Translations under genes and position numbers: made by a program
Notes under the pieces: model-generated
What the model saw: only the letters and a program-made list of their open reading frames with translations
Databases searched by the model: none
Told to the model about the DNA's origin: nothing
Shown: positions 24,131 to 39,444 of the stretch, piece after piece
How positions within the stretch are numbered: the first letter of the stretch is position 1
Layout: each line of letters starts with the position of its first letter
Origin: the human T2T-CHM13v2.0 reference genome, Homo sapiens
DNA length: 64,000 nt
Direction: 5' to 3' (one strand)
NCBI RefSeq assembly: GCF_009914755.1
Contig: NC_060929.1

Positions 24131-27100
24131 AGACTATATAGTATATGAGTCTCCTTATGTACTCTAGTCTGGGGCTGCACAAATGTTAGGAACCAGCTTG
24201 GTGATAGGACATCAGTGGAAAAGAGTTAAACATTCAGAAAGATGAGGAGCAAAGAGCCTTTTGTGAGTGTGTCTGTGTGAGTGTGCTGTGTTTGTGAGAG
24301 ACAGAGAAAGGATGTTTTTCTCAATCGCCCAAATACCCAGAGGTTTCAAAAAGTCACCAGATAATATAATTAACAGCAAGTATTTATTTAGCTACCACCA
24401 CGTCTCCAGGCTTGTGTCAGATTCTTGACAAACTTGTACACTAATCCTTTTGATACTCTCAACAAATTTACACTATTTTGGCAGTTTAGAAAACTGAGGC
24501 TCAGAAACCTCGAATCAGCTGTCCAAAGTTGAACCGCAAGGAAATGACAGGGCCAGGACCTTCTGGACTGACAGGGTGGACTTGTTTCCTCTCCCTTTCT
24601 CCGGCCCCTCCCTGCAGATAGCTCCCAGTTGGGTGGCTCCAAGCCACTGCACGTGGGCGGGTGCTGAGACAATGGGCCAAGCCTGTCCAAGTGCTCAGCT
24701 CTCCAAGGTTAGATATTGCGTGCAGAGCTATATATAGCTGATTGTTGGGAGGAAAGAGAAAATAAGATTTACTTTTTGGAGGCTCAGAGGATTTGGGCAA
24801 CTTGAAGGCCTTTGCGGGACAGAACCGAAAGGTCATTGTCTAAGCACAGTTGGAGTGTGGTTTCTTGGCAGGGGGGAGGTGTCCTGGCCCAGGAGGTGTG
24901 ACACGTTCCTCTGCTCAAAATAGAGACTGGCCATTTCCTGAGTGGGAGTCAGCCGAGTGTGGGGCGGCAGCCCCATCCCTACAGCCCTGGTGGGGAGTGG
25001 GAAATGACTTGAATACTCAGGGCCCTGAGGCTCTGGGGCTGGGGTTGGGGGATGACACACAAGGCCAATGGGATAGTTGCTATATTGCAGAAGGTGCCGG
25101 ATGTGGCTCCCACCTCTGGTTTGGGTGGGGAGAAGAGGAAGGGAGCATGGAGTGAGCCTTGAGGCTTGAGTCAAGCTGGCTCGCAGGGAAGAATTTCCAG
25201 GGAGACACTAGTCCCTGCAAAAGTGTGAGAGTGGAGGTGGTGTTGAGGCTGCCAGTGGCTGGGTGTGGAGGAATCGATGGTTCCTGTGCAGGAAGTGACT
25301 AAAGAAGGGTCTGGATAAGGAAGCAGAGGCTGGATAATGACCCTTACGGTGTGAGCGAGCATTCAGAGGTGATTTTCTAACTGGGTGAGCACCAGCAGCA
25401 CCCTTGGGTTTAGATCCTCTGTAGAATCCAACTTAGTAGTTGGTGGTGAGTTGGTTTGCACTGGTACAGCCATTCTGGTAGTTAAATGTAGAAATAACTG
25501 AGTGGTAACTAGCCACTTCCCATATCCCCCAAAATGACCCCCCACCATGATGGCCAACCTTGTCCTCCCCCTTCATCCCATGGGATCCTCCTCTTCACTT
25601 CCCACAAAATCCAACCACCAGAAGGTTAATGCCTAGCCTCCCTCTGATTGGCCAGTGCCAGGGTTGCTAAATACTTCAATATCACTTTCGCTGGACCCCA
25701 AAGAGTAACAGCAGTCATTTATACTCGCTATGTGCCAGGTAACCATTCCAAGGGGTTTACCTACATTAACAACAACAGCAATAACAATAAGACAACAACA
25801 ATAGCTAACAAGTATTGGGTGCTCATTAGATGTCAGGTGCTGTTCTGTGTTTGGCATTGATTATGATCATTAATGCCCACTCATTCACTATAACCCTAAA
25901 TGGTAGGTTCTGATATTATCCACCATTTTCAGAAGAAAAAAATGCTCAAAGCCTGAAAAGGTTAAGTAACTCGCACATAGATAGTAAGCGGCAGGGCCTG
26001 ATCCAAATCCAGGCCTTGCTGACTCCAAAGCCCTTGTTCTGCAATTACTCTATGCTGCAAGAAATAATCTGCAAATGCTCATAAAATTGTCTTGGAAACC
26101 ATAGTTCTAATATTAAAAGCACTCCCTTCTCTTCTGATCTGAGAGTTTAGCACCTTCATTAGGCCGTTCCTCCAACTTTACTGCTTAACGTTCCTAATAC
26201 ATTTTCTGAATTTGGTGGACACCGTTTGCATGCTGTGAAAATAAATTTGATTGTACCAAGAGTTTCCCAGTTAATCTGATTTAACAGTGGCCTGTAACAC
26301 TCTATATAGAAGATGTATGTGAGTCCTGGCCACTGTCTGCAGGGGACTGATAGGAACACCGAGCCTTCCCTAGTTCCATGCCATTTATTTGCTCTTTAGA
26401 TGCTAGAGCTTTCCTGGAAACTCTGTTTCCGGATTCTTTTTTTTATTGTTGTGCTGAAGTCAACGCAAAGGCCATTAATCTCTGCAGTGTCTCCTTGGCA
26501 AGCCTCATAAAAGATGCCCTGTTCCTGAAAGCAGCCCTCTTGCTGACTGTGTTCCAGGAACTGTCCAGAGTATTAATGGCTAGCCATGAGCATGCACTCA
26601 TCCATTCCTCAACCATCTAGAGAAGGTCAACCATGTGTCGGCACTGCGGATCGGGCCATGGGCCAAATAGACCCTGTTCATGAGCTCATGGGGCTTATAG
26701 TCGAGGGAAGGAAGTAGATATTAGGCACATGATTACGGAAATACAGGTAACTGTGTAATTATGTTTTGGGGTAAGTGCTATGAAAGAACAGTGAAGAGTG
26801 AAATGAGAGCTGATGTCAGATCTTAGATTGGAGTGTAAGAAAGTAGGAAGAAGGAAGATTACAAATAATATTCAGGCTGACATATGAAAAGTCAGCCAAG
26901 GGAAAGAAAGAGAGGATCTCAGAAGAAAGTAAGTTCTAGGCAGTAGGAACAGCATGGTGAAGGCCCCGGGGTGAGGTAAAAGTTTGGCATTTTTGAAGTC
27001 AAGAAAAGAAACCATGGTGTCTGGAGTTTAATGAGCAGGGGCGAAAGTGAAAGAGAATGAGGCCGGAATGGGGTGGGGCAGATCTCCTATGGATGGGGAT

Positions 27101-27888
27101 CTCTTAGGAGGCGCAGTTGAGGATTTAAGACCTGTGGAGAGGGGGGAACCATCCCAAAGCAACACTTGTGGGAACAGATAACCCACTTGATAATGGTAAG
27201 GGGAGGAGGCCAGAAAAGGCTCTCTCTGCCCACAAGTAGAGTGAGAATGGGCAGTTGATTTCATAGAAAAACTTATCTCAGGCTAAAATCATAACATATT
27301 GGCAAGGGAAAGCATTCTTGATTAAAGTAAACCCAAAGAAGCCATGATAGAAATGTGTTCCTGACTTTTAGGGGCTGGGACATTGCCTGAGTCAGGATTC
27401 CTTTAGTTAAGTGATGGAAACCAACTCAATTAGCTTAAGTGAAAAGATAAATGTATTGGCTATGACAACAGAGGAGTCCAAGGAGTAAATTAGCAGAGTA
27501 GGAAGGTTCACCTTGTTCTTAGTTGTCTTTCTCTGTGTTTTTCCTCTCCCTTCCCTTCTCTCTCCTTGCCAATTTACCCTGACATGGCTTCATTCCTGCA
27601 CAGGTAAAGATGAACGTCATGCTACTTCAGATAAAAGAGATGGATTGTCATCTGAATTCTGAGTGTCTGGCTTGGATCCTATGCCCGTCCTTGAGCCAAT
27701 TGCCAGGAGAACAGAGCAGTCTGGTGGCTCTGGATCAGTCCTACCCAAACCAAGTGGATCAGACTGGAATGCCAGGAGTATGAAATATGAGAGGGGTCAT
27801 TCCCCAAAGACATACTGGCAGACAAAAATAGACCACCTAGTATCAAAGAAAACAAAATTTGTCCTTGCTTCCACACGTAGAATTTTAT

Positions 27889-28614
<726 letters not shown>

Positions 28615-28633
28615 TGTTCTATTATTTTTATAA

Positions 28634-29045
<412 letters not shown>

Positions 29046-29112
29046 TGTTCTATTATTTTTATAAGTAAAAAAGAAGAAATAAATTACCCATAATTCTACC
29101 ATTTCTTGTTAA

Positions 29113-29426
<314 letters not shown>

Positions 29427-29779
29427 TAGTTCCTTTTTTTAAAGTAGTCATTTGGTAGGAGAATTTAATTCCAATAGTATTAATATTTAATTTTTCCAAA
29501 GAAGCTTAAACCTATATTCCTGTAATCAGTAATGTCCTAAATGAAACTTTTGTTGGCACTCCTCTATGTAAACATCATTCAAAAGCTTTCACTCCCTCCT
29601 ATCTTTCTTAATACTTAATGACTATTACCACTATCCCCAGTCACATTATCATCATTGGTTTGAGATTTAATCATACACCTTACAGTGTTCATGTTCCCAA
29701 ATGTTTTTTAACTCCTCGTCTTACTTTAATTTGCATGCTTCATTTTGTAATTTAAATTTAACCCACCTAGAGTACTTAG

Positions 29780-30700
29780 TACTTTTTACCTAGAAAACAC
29801 TAGTGTACTTTCTAAGTCCTGGTACAGCGAGAAACATGGTTTTTACATAAGAATGATAACTTGGCTGGACATACAATTCTTGGAATATAGTTCTCTTTTC
29901 TGGATGTCTGGTATCATTGTTTCACTGTCTTCTAATTTTCACTGTTGTTGATGAGAAGTTTCGTACCAATCTGATTCATTTTCCTTCATAAGTAAACTTT
30001 CTCTTCACCTGGAAAAGTGTTGAACTTTCTCTTTAATCTCAGATTTAAGAAATTTCACCAGGAGATGACGAGTTTGGGGCTTTTTGTGCAGTTTGGAATT
30101 TGATTTGCAGCCATTTAGTTCTTAAAATGTAAATTTTTCTACATTTAAAGTTATCTTGCATTGTTTCTTTAATATTTTTCTTCTTCTGTGCCTTTTGCCT
30201 TAAGGATCTCCTGTTATTTATTTATCAGACCTCCCAGACCTACTTATTATGAATCTTATCTTGTACTCATTATTTGCATTTATTTGTGTATTTGCTTTTG
30301 GTTGTTGTGGATATTTTTTGCCTTTTGTAAGTGTGTGGGTGAGAGATGTTTCCTTTATTTGATTTTCCAGAACACAAATTCCATTTTAATCAGTAATTGT
30401 TCATTTCCTGTTCCTTGGTTAATTAAACAAAATTGCAGTTTTTACATCATAACTTCCTTAAAATATCCCATTTTAGAGACCTCTTGTTGTTCTTCCATTA
30501 GAACTGCCTCCATAGGTGTAATCAGTGCCTGTTGGGGACATGGCTTCCCTCCTTAAAATAGCCTGTGAACTTTTTTTCTCCAAAACATTGAGAGTTTCCT
30601 CTCCTGTTAAATTATCTCCTGCTATTTAGTATCGTTGAGGAAAAGTCTAATACAGGCCTGATTTTTGTTCTTTTTTGGGGATCCAGTTTTTTTCCCCAGT
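29780..30700 (-). mobile_element. Highly degenerate L1/HAL1-like fragments
   Basis: T-rich sequence with the ccactgtcttct..ttgctgttgagaagtctg..gccaatctgatt-like motif typical of old L1 in antisense. Confidence 0.5.
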
Positions 30701-31499
30701 GCCTAGTAAGCACTCAGAAAGCAGTGCCTACGATTGGGTGGCTCATGGGGCAGCTTCTCTCTTTATTAGAAAAAGAGATATCTTACAAGTGGTTGCCTCC
30801 ACTGAGATCAGTTGGAAACTCCCCATTATCTCATTTATGTCCCCATTTTCTCCCTGCAGCCCAAACAATCAGCCTTTGGACTTTATCTAGGCTGTCACAG
30901 ATGGAGAGTCCCCCTGATGTCCGGAATCATTGCCCAACAGTCTGGTGTCTAATGTTCTAATGAAATGTCATATTTCATCATTTGTTTGCATGGATATGTC
31001 TGTGAGAAAATGGTTTTGGGGGAGGAGAAATGATTCAGTATAATAGTTAAACTGCTTAATTGCAAACAATATAAACTCTGTTATTTTATTTGATAGTTAT
31101 TGGGAAGCTCCAAGAAGGGCTGGACAAATTAGAGAAGCAGGCTTAGAAAATGGGTAGGAACTAATGGAGGTGGGATGGTAGGGAACTCCACTATGAAAAC
31201 AGTCTGATTATGACATGTTGCCTGTTCTGCTGTTCCCAGACACTCACCGTGCTGCTGCTGGACTTTGAACTTGGCTACTGCCACCATAAATAGTCACTGA
31301 CTGTACCTGAATCTTTGTGCCACTGCCTGGCCTCATATGCAGCAGGCAGAGTATAATTATTCCCCATTTGGGCTTTCTCAGTGGCAAGGGGGCTCAGTCT
31401 CTCTCAAAGACATGCAGAATAAAGAAGTCTCCCCCAAAGAAGGGGGTTTTATATTCTGGGCAGCTAAAAATTGGCATGTGTTATCTAGGCAAACGTCAG

Positions 31500-32010
31500 T
31501 AGACTTCTGATTTCTATCACTAAGTAGCAGCCTTCGATTCTGCTGGAGATTGTGATACATCCCAAAAGATGACGAGGCAGAGGTTGTCGCTGCCCTGCTC
31601 ATCCTCTCTGCACTCACCCCTACCAGCAGAGGTGATTCTTTCCAACACCTGCAGCTCTCTGCCAGCTGCAGAAGCACACTTGACCTCTCCCCGGGACAAG
31701 CAGGAAGAGCCAGATACCTGATGCCCCTTGATTCAGTTCTCATCCAACAATTCGATATGGCCATGATGAATGAATACCATAGCTTCCGTGTCCCACAGCT
31801 GGGGTAACTCTGGGGTGTGTACTACATTGTTTCCCAGCAAGATTAGTCCCAGCTGTCCACAGTGAGAAGTGGCATGATAAGACACCCTTTCTTACCTGTC
31901 TCACTTCTGCACACCCCTACTTGTAGGCCTGCAGATCTCCTGCCAACTAAGCTACTGGCACTTGAATACTTGCCTTAGGGTCTGCTCTTAGATTTGCTCA
32001 AACTAACACA
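31500..32010 (+). mobile_element. LTR16-like ERVL LTR remnant
   Basis: 3' end gcacttgaatacttgccttagggtctgct...caaactaacaca resembles LTR16-family ends. Left boundary uncertain. Confidence 0.5.
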
Positions 32011-32720
32011 GTTGGTGAAGCCCTGTTGAGTAGTCAAGAGTACTTGGAATAAAAGGACAAGGCAGAAGAGTTCCTGATCTTATTCTCACTTCCCACTTAA
32101 AGTTTTTGAAGAAGTGGATTATCCTGAAATTCTACCCTGCGTAAGCCCTTTGACCCAGTCTTTTCCCTCGTAGTTGTTTATCCTACAAAAGGACTTACAC
32201 TCATGTGCAAAAGTAACACAAAATGATGTTCTTTGTGGCTTTGGTCGTGACAGAAAATAAATTGGATGCACCTAAATGCCCATCAATGAAGTTAAATAAA
32301 TTACAGTGCACCCCTACAAGGTAATACAAAGCAGCGATTAACAATGATGCTACCGATTTCTAGTAACTAATAGGGAATGAGGCCCAAAATATATTGTTAA
32401 GAGAGAAAACCATATCACAAAGGAGCATTATAGTTTTATTTCGCCAACAGATATTTCAATACATATTTCCTGAGTGTCTACTATGTGCCAGGCTTTCACT
32501 GTCCTGTTTGTAAAAATTTCATCTATTCTATTGCCTGAACTGTGTTTTGGCAAACACAGTTTGGAAAATTGTGTCTCTTCCAAAAGTATTCAAAGAAAAG
32601 GAGAGTAAGCTTGATGGTAACTTTTGAAAACTGCTTACAGTTAACAGTGTGAATATCTTATAGAAGCATTTTTCTCCATTTTTTCATAAATGACCTAATT
32701 TGAAGATAAACATTGAATAT

Positions 32721-32764
32721 GTGTATGTATGTGTGTGTGTGTCTGTGTGTGTGTGTGTGTGTGT
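32721..32764. repeat. (TG)n microsatellite, imperfect
   Basis: Directly visible. Confidence 0.9.
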
Positions 32765-32896
32765 AGTTGGGGGGCAGTGGTAGAGAGATAGATTTTCTGA
32801 CTGTAATAAAACTTAAATCACCTTGTGCCTTCCGCACTATTTGAATTTTACCCTGAGGATGAATCACTTTCATAATACAAAAAACATACTAGTTCA

Positions 32897-33190
32897 GGCC
32901 AGGTGCAGTGGCTAACCCCTGTAATCCCAGCACTTTGGGAGGGAGGCCAAGGCGGGTGGATCACTCGAGGTCAGGAGTTTGAGACCAGCCTGGCCATCAT
33001 TGCGAAACCCTGTCTCTACCAAAAGCACAAAAATTAGCCGCGCATGCTGGTGCGTGTCTGTAATCTCAGCTGCTCAGGAGGCTGCAGCAGGAGAATGGCT
33101 TGAACCCAGGAGGCCAAGGCTGCAGTGAGCTGAGATCGCGCCACTGCACTCCAGCCTGGGTGGCAGAGTGAGACTGTCTCAAAAACAAAA
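32897..33190 (+). mobile_element. Alu (AluS-like) with TSD
   Basis: Full dimer. TSD aaacatactagttca (32882-32896) / aaacaaactagttca (33189-33203). Confidence 0.96.
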
Positions 33191-33220
33191 ACAAACTAGT
33201 TCATTAAAAAAGCTTCACAA

Positions 33221-33247
<27 letters not shown>
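33221..33247. repeat. (CA)n microsatellite
   Basis: Directly visible. Confidence 0.93.
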
Positions 33248-33252
<5 letters not shown>

Positions 33253-36055
33253 TCTCTATAACAGAATTCTGTCTTCAGTGACTTGCTACTCTCTGGAAGC
33301 TTTGCCCTTTCTTGTGCACTGCCAGATGCCTCAAGGTATCCTTTGAACTGTCTGCCCCACCAGGAAGCCATATTCAACCACCTGATCTGTTGGTTTTCTT
33401 TTTCCAGGACCCTAACAATTCTCTCTTCCAAAGACATTCCAAGAAGATGAGGAAGAATATAGAGGAGTGTTTTAGAATCGTCTGAGTTCCTAGCTTGAAT
33501 ACCTTAATAACAGCTTTAAGAAATGTTTTTCTTCATAAAAGCCTTGAGTTGAAGAAAAACATGCGCTGAAATAATTTCCTAAGCCCCACCCTGTGCATGA
33601 CTGGCGTAAGGAATCGCTCATTGTAAAGCTATTGGTTATTCTAACTCCTTCCGCAAATTAATTTACCTCAGGAAGCCATGTTCCTCCATAAATGGCGGGA
33701 AACAATGGGGTCTTTTATATTCCCAGTAGTATGGTGCTCATTAGTTAAATGCTGACTTTGTTGGGCTCTGGAATAGAACAAAATATCCTAAAGCAAGGTC
33801 ATGACTGTAGCAACTTGGGAAGAAAGGGGACCATGACACCTGTGTCTGAGCCCTGGTAGGGAAGGAGCCAGGCTGACTGGTCTAGGGCAGGAGGGATGCT
33901 GCCCAGGTATTCTCCTCCTCTTCTCTATGGTGAGGCCCCAAAAAGCCTGGGCCCAGAGGGAGCACTGATGGAGGGAGGGAGAGTGGCACCTGTACCTCCT
34001 GAGCCAGAAGTGCCAGAGGATCTTCCAGACTGGTGGTCTTCACACTGTTTTTTTTTTCCCCAGGCTGTTTTGATCACAACTACCTCTATTGCTAAAAATG
34101 TCTGAGCATATACTTCTAATGTATAGTGTAATGATATATTGAATATCTTATAAACCAAATACTGTCAAAAATTTAAAGGATACAATTTAAATATAAAGAC
34201 CACTTCTATAGATGAGGCAGGAGCAGTGCCCATGGTCCCTGTGATGTCTACTCAGTCATGAAATAATCCTTGGAACTTGAACTTTTAAAAACGAGCAAGC
34301 AGCTTCATACTAACTCCTATCCCAAATTTCCCACCAAAATACTCCTGAAGATACAGAAAAGGTCCCAAGGCTCACAATGCCTAGCAAATACCCTATAAAT
34401 TGAATCTGGGGAGAATTTCTACCAAATATAGGGCAAATGGAGTAGGACTAAGGGAAAAAACAATGCCAACTGTGCTCACCCATGAAGCAGGGCATTCCTG
34501 CTTCCCCAAAAGAAGGCAGAAAGAATCTTCAGCAATTTCCATTTTTACCCTCTGGAAGTTTCTGCAACAGCCATACAATCAGACAGGCATTTCAGAACAG
34601 CAGGAGGCTGCCTTTTGAGGTGCTCTGAAAACTATCATTTCCCACTCCCTGCGGACACCAGTTTCTACCTCCATTCAGAGTGCAAATCCCAGAAAGGAGG
34701 GAGCAGGGAGATTGGGGGTAGGCAAGAGAGAAAGAGGGGGGATGGAGCATTTTAGAGTGGCAGAGTCCCAAGGTCAAAGCCTTAAAAAAGAGAGAGGAAA
34801 TCTTCATAGCAGCACCTGATAAAGGTTCACAACTCTCAGGTATTCCATCCTTTCAACCTTTCGGAGAGCCAAGAACTGGGAAGCAGGAGAAAACGTGCCT
34901 TAGGGCAAGAAAGGCACAGGACAGGAATGCTATTCTGAGCTCTTATCTCTCACTTCACTCAAGTTTTTATGATTACATAGATTTTTATCTTGAGGTTCTA
35001 AGTACGGTATTTTTCTGAAAAAAAAAAAAAAATGGTTTTACTGAAAGCCACGATAGTTCTTCCTCCTGGACATTGGAAATTGGGTCATGAGCTATTCCAG
35101 CCACCTGCTCTACTGCTGAATTAATGGGAAGTGGGGCTGGACACACATCCACTCATCTGTCCCCACAGTTCCTTCTTTGTGCAGAGCCAAGTGGAGCAGG
35201 GGAATCCTGACAAGGAACAACAAAAACCCTAGTGAAGATGACAGGAACACCACAGGAAACAACATCTTGAAAATTCCCAAGAAGAGCATCACAGTGAAAA
35301 TAACTTATGGCAAATCCCAGAAGAAAATTTTAGAAAACTGTTCGACACTTTCAATAAACATAGCTTTTATAAAACGGAAGTAGAAAGCCATGAGAAGAAA
35401 GCTAGATGAGATGAAAAGGGCTGTAAGAAGGGCAAGGAAACTCATATATTAATGATAAGATTAAAATCATCAAATTAGAGGCAATAAAAACTATAATTAA
35501 TGCCAGAAAATTAAATCATTCACATGGAGGATAAATTTCAACAGCCTTTACAAAATGCAAAGGAAATGGGAAAAGTAATAAAGATTATGAGAAAGGAAAT
35601 TATTTACTTGGAGGGCAAATAATGGAGACAAATTCCAAGAAGTGTAGGTTATCCTAAGTAAGAATCAAAATATGTGGGTGTAGAACCAATAAAGCAACAT
35701 TGAATAAAACCTTGCAAAGATGTTTTTAAAATTTATAAGTATGTGAATCAAAACCAAAACCATAAAAAAAAAGAAGAAAATACAGGTGAGGATTTATCTG
35801 ATGTCAGAAGGGCACTAACTCTCTAAACAGATAAACAACATCAACAACAGTATATTATATATACTAATTAATTGTTTTCATATGGGGGAGGCTTAGATAT
35901 ACACATTTTTTAAAGTTTAAAGAGCATCCCAAAATTGAGCTAAATAACAAATTTGGAAAAATGCCTATGATAAACGTGAGAGAATTAATATACTGACTAT
36001 ATAAAGAACTTTTTAAAAATAAACAGGAAAGATACTAGCAATAAAAAACTTAAGA

Positions 36056-36327
<272 letters not shown>

Positions 36328-39124
36328 TCAAATGACCATCACAAATATTTATATCTCTGAAAACAGATTTAACCTCATTAATAATCAAAGAAGACATGCA
36401 AATACAAAACAGTACTGACATATACGTTTTTGCTTTTTACGTTTGTGGATTTTTCTAAAGTTACAATACTTGAGCATTCAAGGTGATTCTGATACAGTTG
36501 GTTTTTGAAAAGCATAATTTGAGTAGTACTGCCCCCCTCCCATTTGACAGACTCCTCTCACCATTTAGATTTCAGTATTACCTTCACTTCCTCCTGGGAG
36601 TTTTCTCTGACCACCCAGGCTAGATTCTGTCCTCTCATTGAGATTTTTCACTGTACTTTATACTACATGGCATTTATCTCAATCGTATTGTGATAATGTG
36701 TATGATTTATTTATTCAATGTTTGGCATCCCAATGAGACTGTAATAATAATGCTTATACTGAGAATTTGCTTTGTGCTAGGCAATTTTAAAAGCTTTAAT
36801 TTCATTTAATGCTCTCAATAACCTTATGCTAAAAGGACTCACCTGAAGCTTAGAGAGGTTCAGTACCTTGTTCTAGGTAACAGGTCTGATACCTACTCCG
36901 TATAAGTTGATCACACAGAAGCAAAGCTCCCTGCCTCCAGGAAGACACTGGATCTTTCCTTTCCTGAGCTTCAGACAGCTCCATAACACCTTCTTCTGAG
37001 GCTGCACTAGCAGACCAAGGTTACTTCTCAAAGATGTAAAGCAAGTAGCTAAACTAGGAAATACTCAAAATCGATTTACCTTCATGTGTTTGTTTATTTC
37101 AGGAAGCAAAACTTTTGCCCCTGGCAATCATCTCCATATTCCAAGGTGTCACATTCTGCCATAAAGATACAAAGCAAAACTGGGGCCACTGCATGATTCA
37201 AGTGTCCAGATCCTTCCTCAGGTCTCCAAAGGAAAATAGCTTGCCACTTTCATAAGCTGCTTTGTAAATGCCAGATCGATACAGGAGAAGCAACATTTTT
37301 TTAGGATACAGGACACATAAGAATGACTCAAGGTAAAGTCAAGTGAAGACACGGTTATGTCCCTTTGTTCATAAGGAGATAGACACAAGCCTCCACCATG
37401 GTATGGGCTAGTGCAAGGGGCTTCGATTTTGGAGGAGAGGGGTGAGTGGGCAGTTGGAAAAGAGAGAGGGGTTGTCCAATGAACATCTGTAACTGACAGG
37501 AGCAGAGGAAGGCACATCCTATTTTATAGGATGGAAATCCTTCTATGCACCTCTAATCTGCCACAACTTCTTTAATGCAAGATTCATACAAAAAACAAAG
37601 CAGCTAGGGCAATTGTTTAAGAAGCAGACCTTCATTGCTGGAAAGGTCTGAGTTTGAGTCAGCTCTGTAGCTTTCCTGTGTGCCTGTGAGCAAGTTTCTC
37701 AGCCTTATTGAGCCCAACTCTCCCATAAAATTAGGATAATAAAAAAGACCACTTCATATGATTGTCATGAGAGGTACATGAGATAGGTAAGAAAAGTGCT
37801 TTGCCTAGAGCCTGGTATAAGTTTTCAATAGGCATTAAGCATATTTCATAGAGGAAACTTGACCTGCCAATGAAAAGGACACTTTCCTTTATATCTTAAT
37901 TATTTTTAATGGAAACATTCTAAGCTGAAGTGGATATTTTTCAGACTCATTAAATAGAACACACTGAATGATTTTTTGTCCAGCTTTTGTTATGGTTAAT
38001 ATACCTTGCTGTACAAACATAAACAATGCAAGAGTCCATGCAGTCAGCACTGAAAGTCTGCCCAGGCTGCTCCTATCCTCCAGGAAACCACCCTTAACAG
38101 TTATGGCAAAGTCCTTCCTGACTTTGAATTTTCCCACAAGCTCCATCAAGTGCTGTGATGCAGAGAGGCTCTCATCTAGAGCTATGACAATACATGGGGC
38201 CATTCACCCTTACACAGCATGGCCTGGCCAGCCAATCCCTGCAAGCCCCGGGCCTGCTTCTCTATCTTCTTGCCTGACCCTTGACATCAGGTCTGTGGCA
38301 GATGGGTCAGCTTTTCCCCAGTGCTGCTTCCCGTATTCATTATAGTTTCTAATCTCCTTTATTTGAGAAATTAAAAATCACGTTGATTATAAGCATGGGC
38401 TATGTGGATAGCCATTTCAGATATTTCTTATATATGATATTTCTGAGCTTATGATTATGCCACAGAAAGAGAGGTAGTATCCCGGAGAGAGTTCTAGAGG
38501 AGAAATCTAGGGATCTGATTTCTAGCCTAGCCCTACCATTTAATTCCTGTAAGAACTTGGAAAAGTTACTGAACCCTGTGAAACCTCAGTTGTCCCATCT
38601 GTAAAATGGGATTCATTACTTCCTTAAACTCATAGTTACTGATTGCTTACTATAGGCCTGGCATATTTCTAGATGCTGTGCACACAACAGTGACCAAGAC
38701 AGACAGGTCTCCTCAAGTTTACATTCTAGAATTAGGAAAAGAGGTGATCAACAAAATATATCCATGAGTTAATATCCAATGGTGCAATCAGATAAGTGCT
38801 ATAAAAACAAACAGGCAGGGTTGTTAGGCCTTTAAATAAGTTTCATCGAAGAGTTTTTAAGACTGTGAAACATGATATGTTAAATAGAATATACTTTAAT
38901 TCTTAGAAAACAATAACGTACCCATACATTTGTAATACCAGTGACCCAAGATTCTGTGATTCTCTAAGGAGGAGTGGTGTATCAGAGGGGAAATGACACC
39001 TAGATGGCACAGGGTGGAGAAACGCTGCTTTACAGTTGGTAAAACACTTTTGCTCATATTTATCTCAGTGTGCCTTCTAAACTTTCAAAATGTCTCCCGA
39101 ACACAGAGGCAAGGAGTGATATGA

Positions 39125-39444
<320 letters not shown>

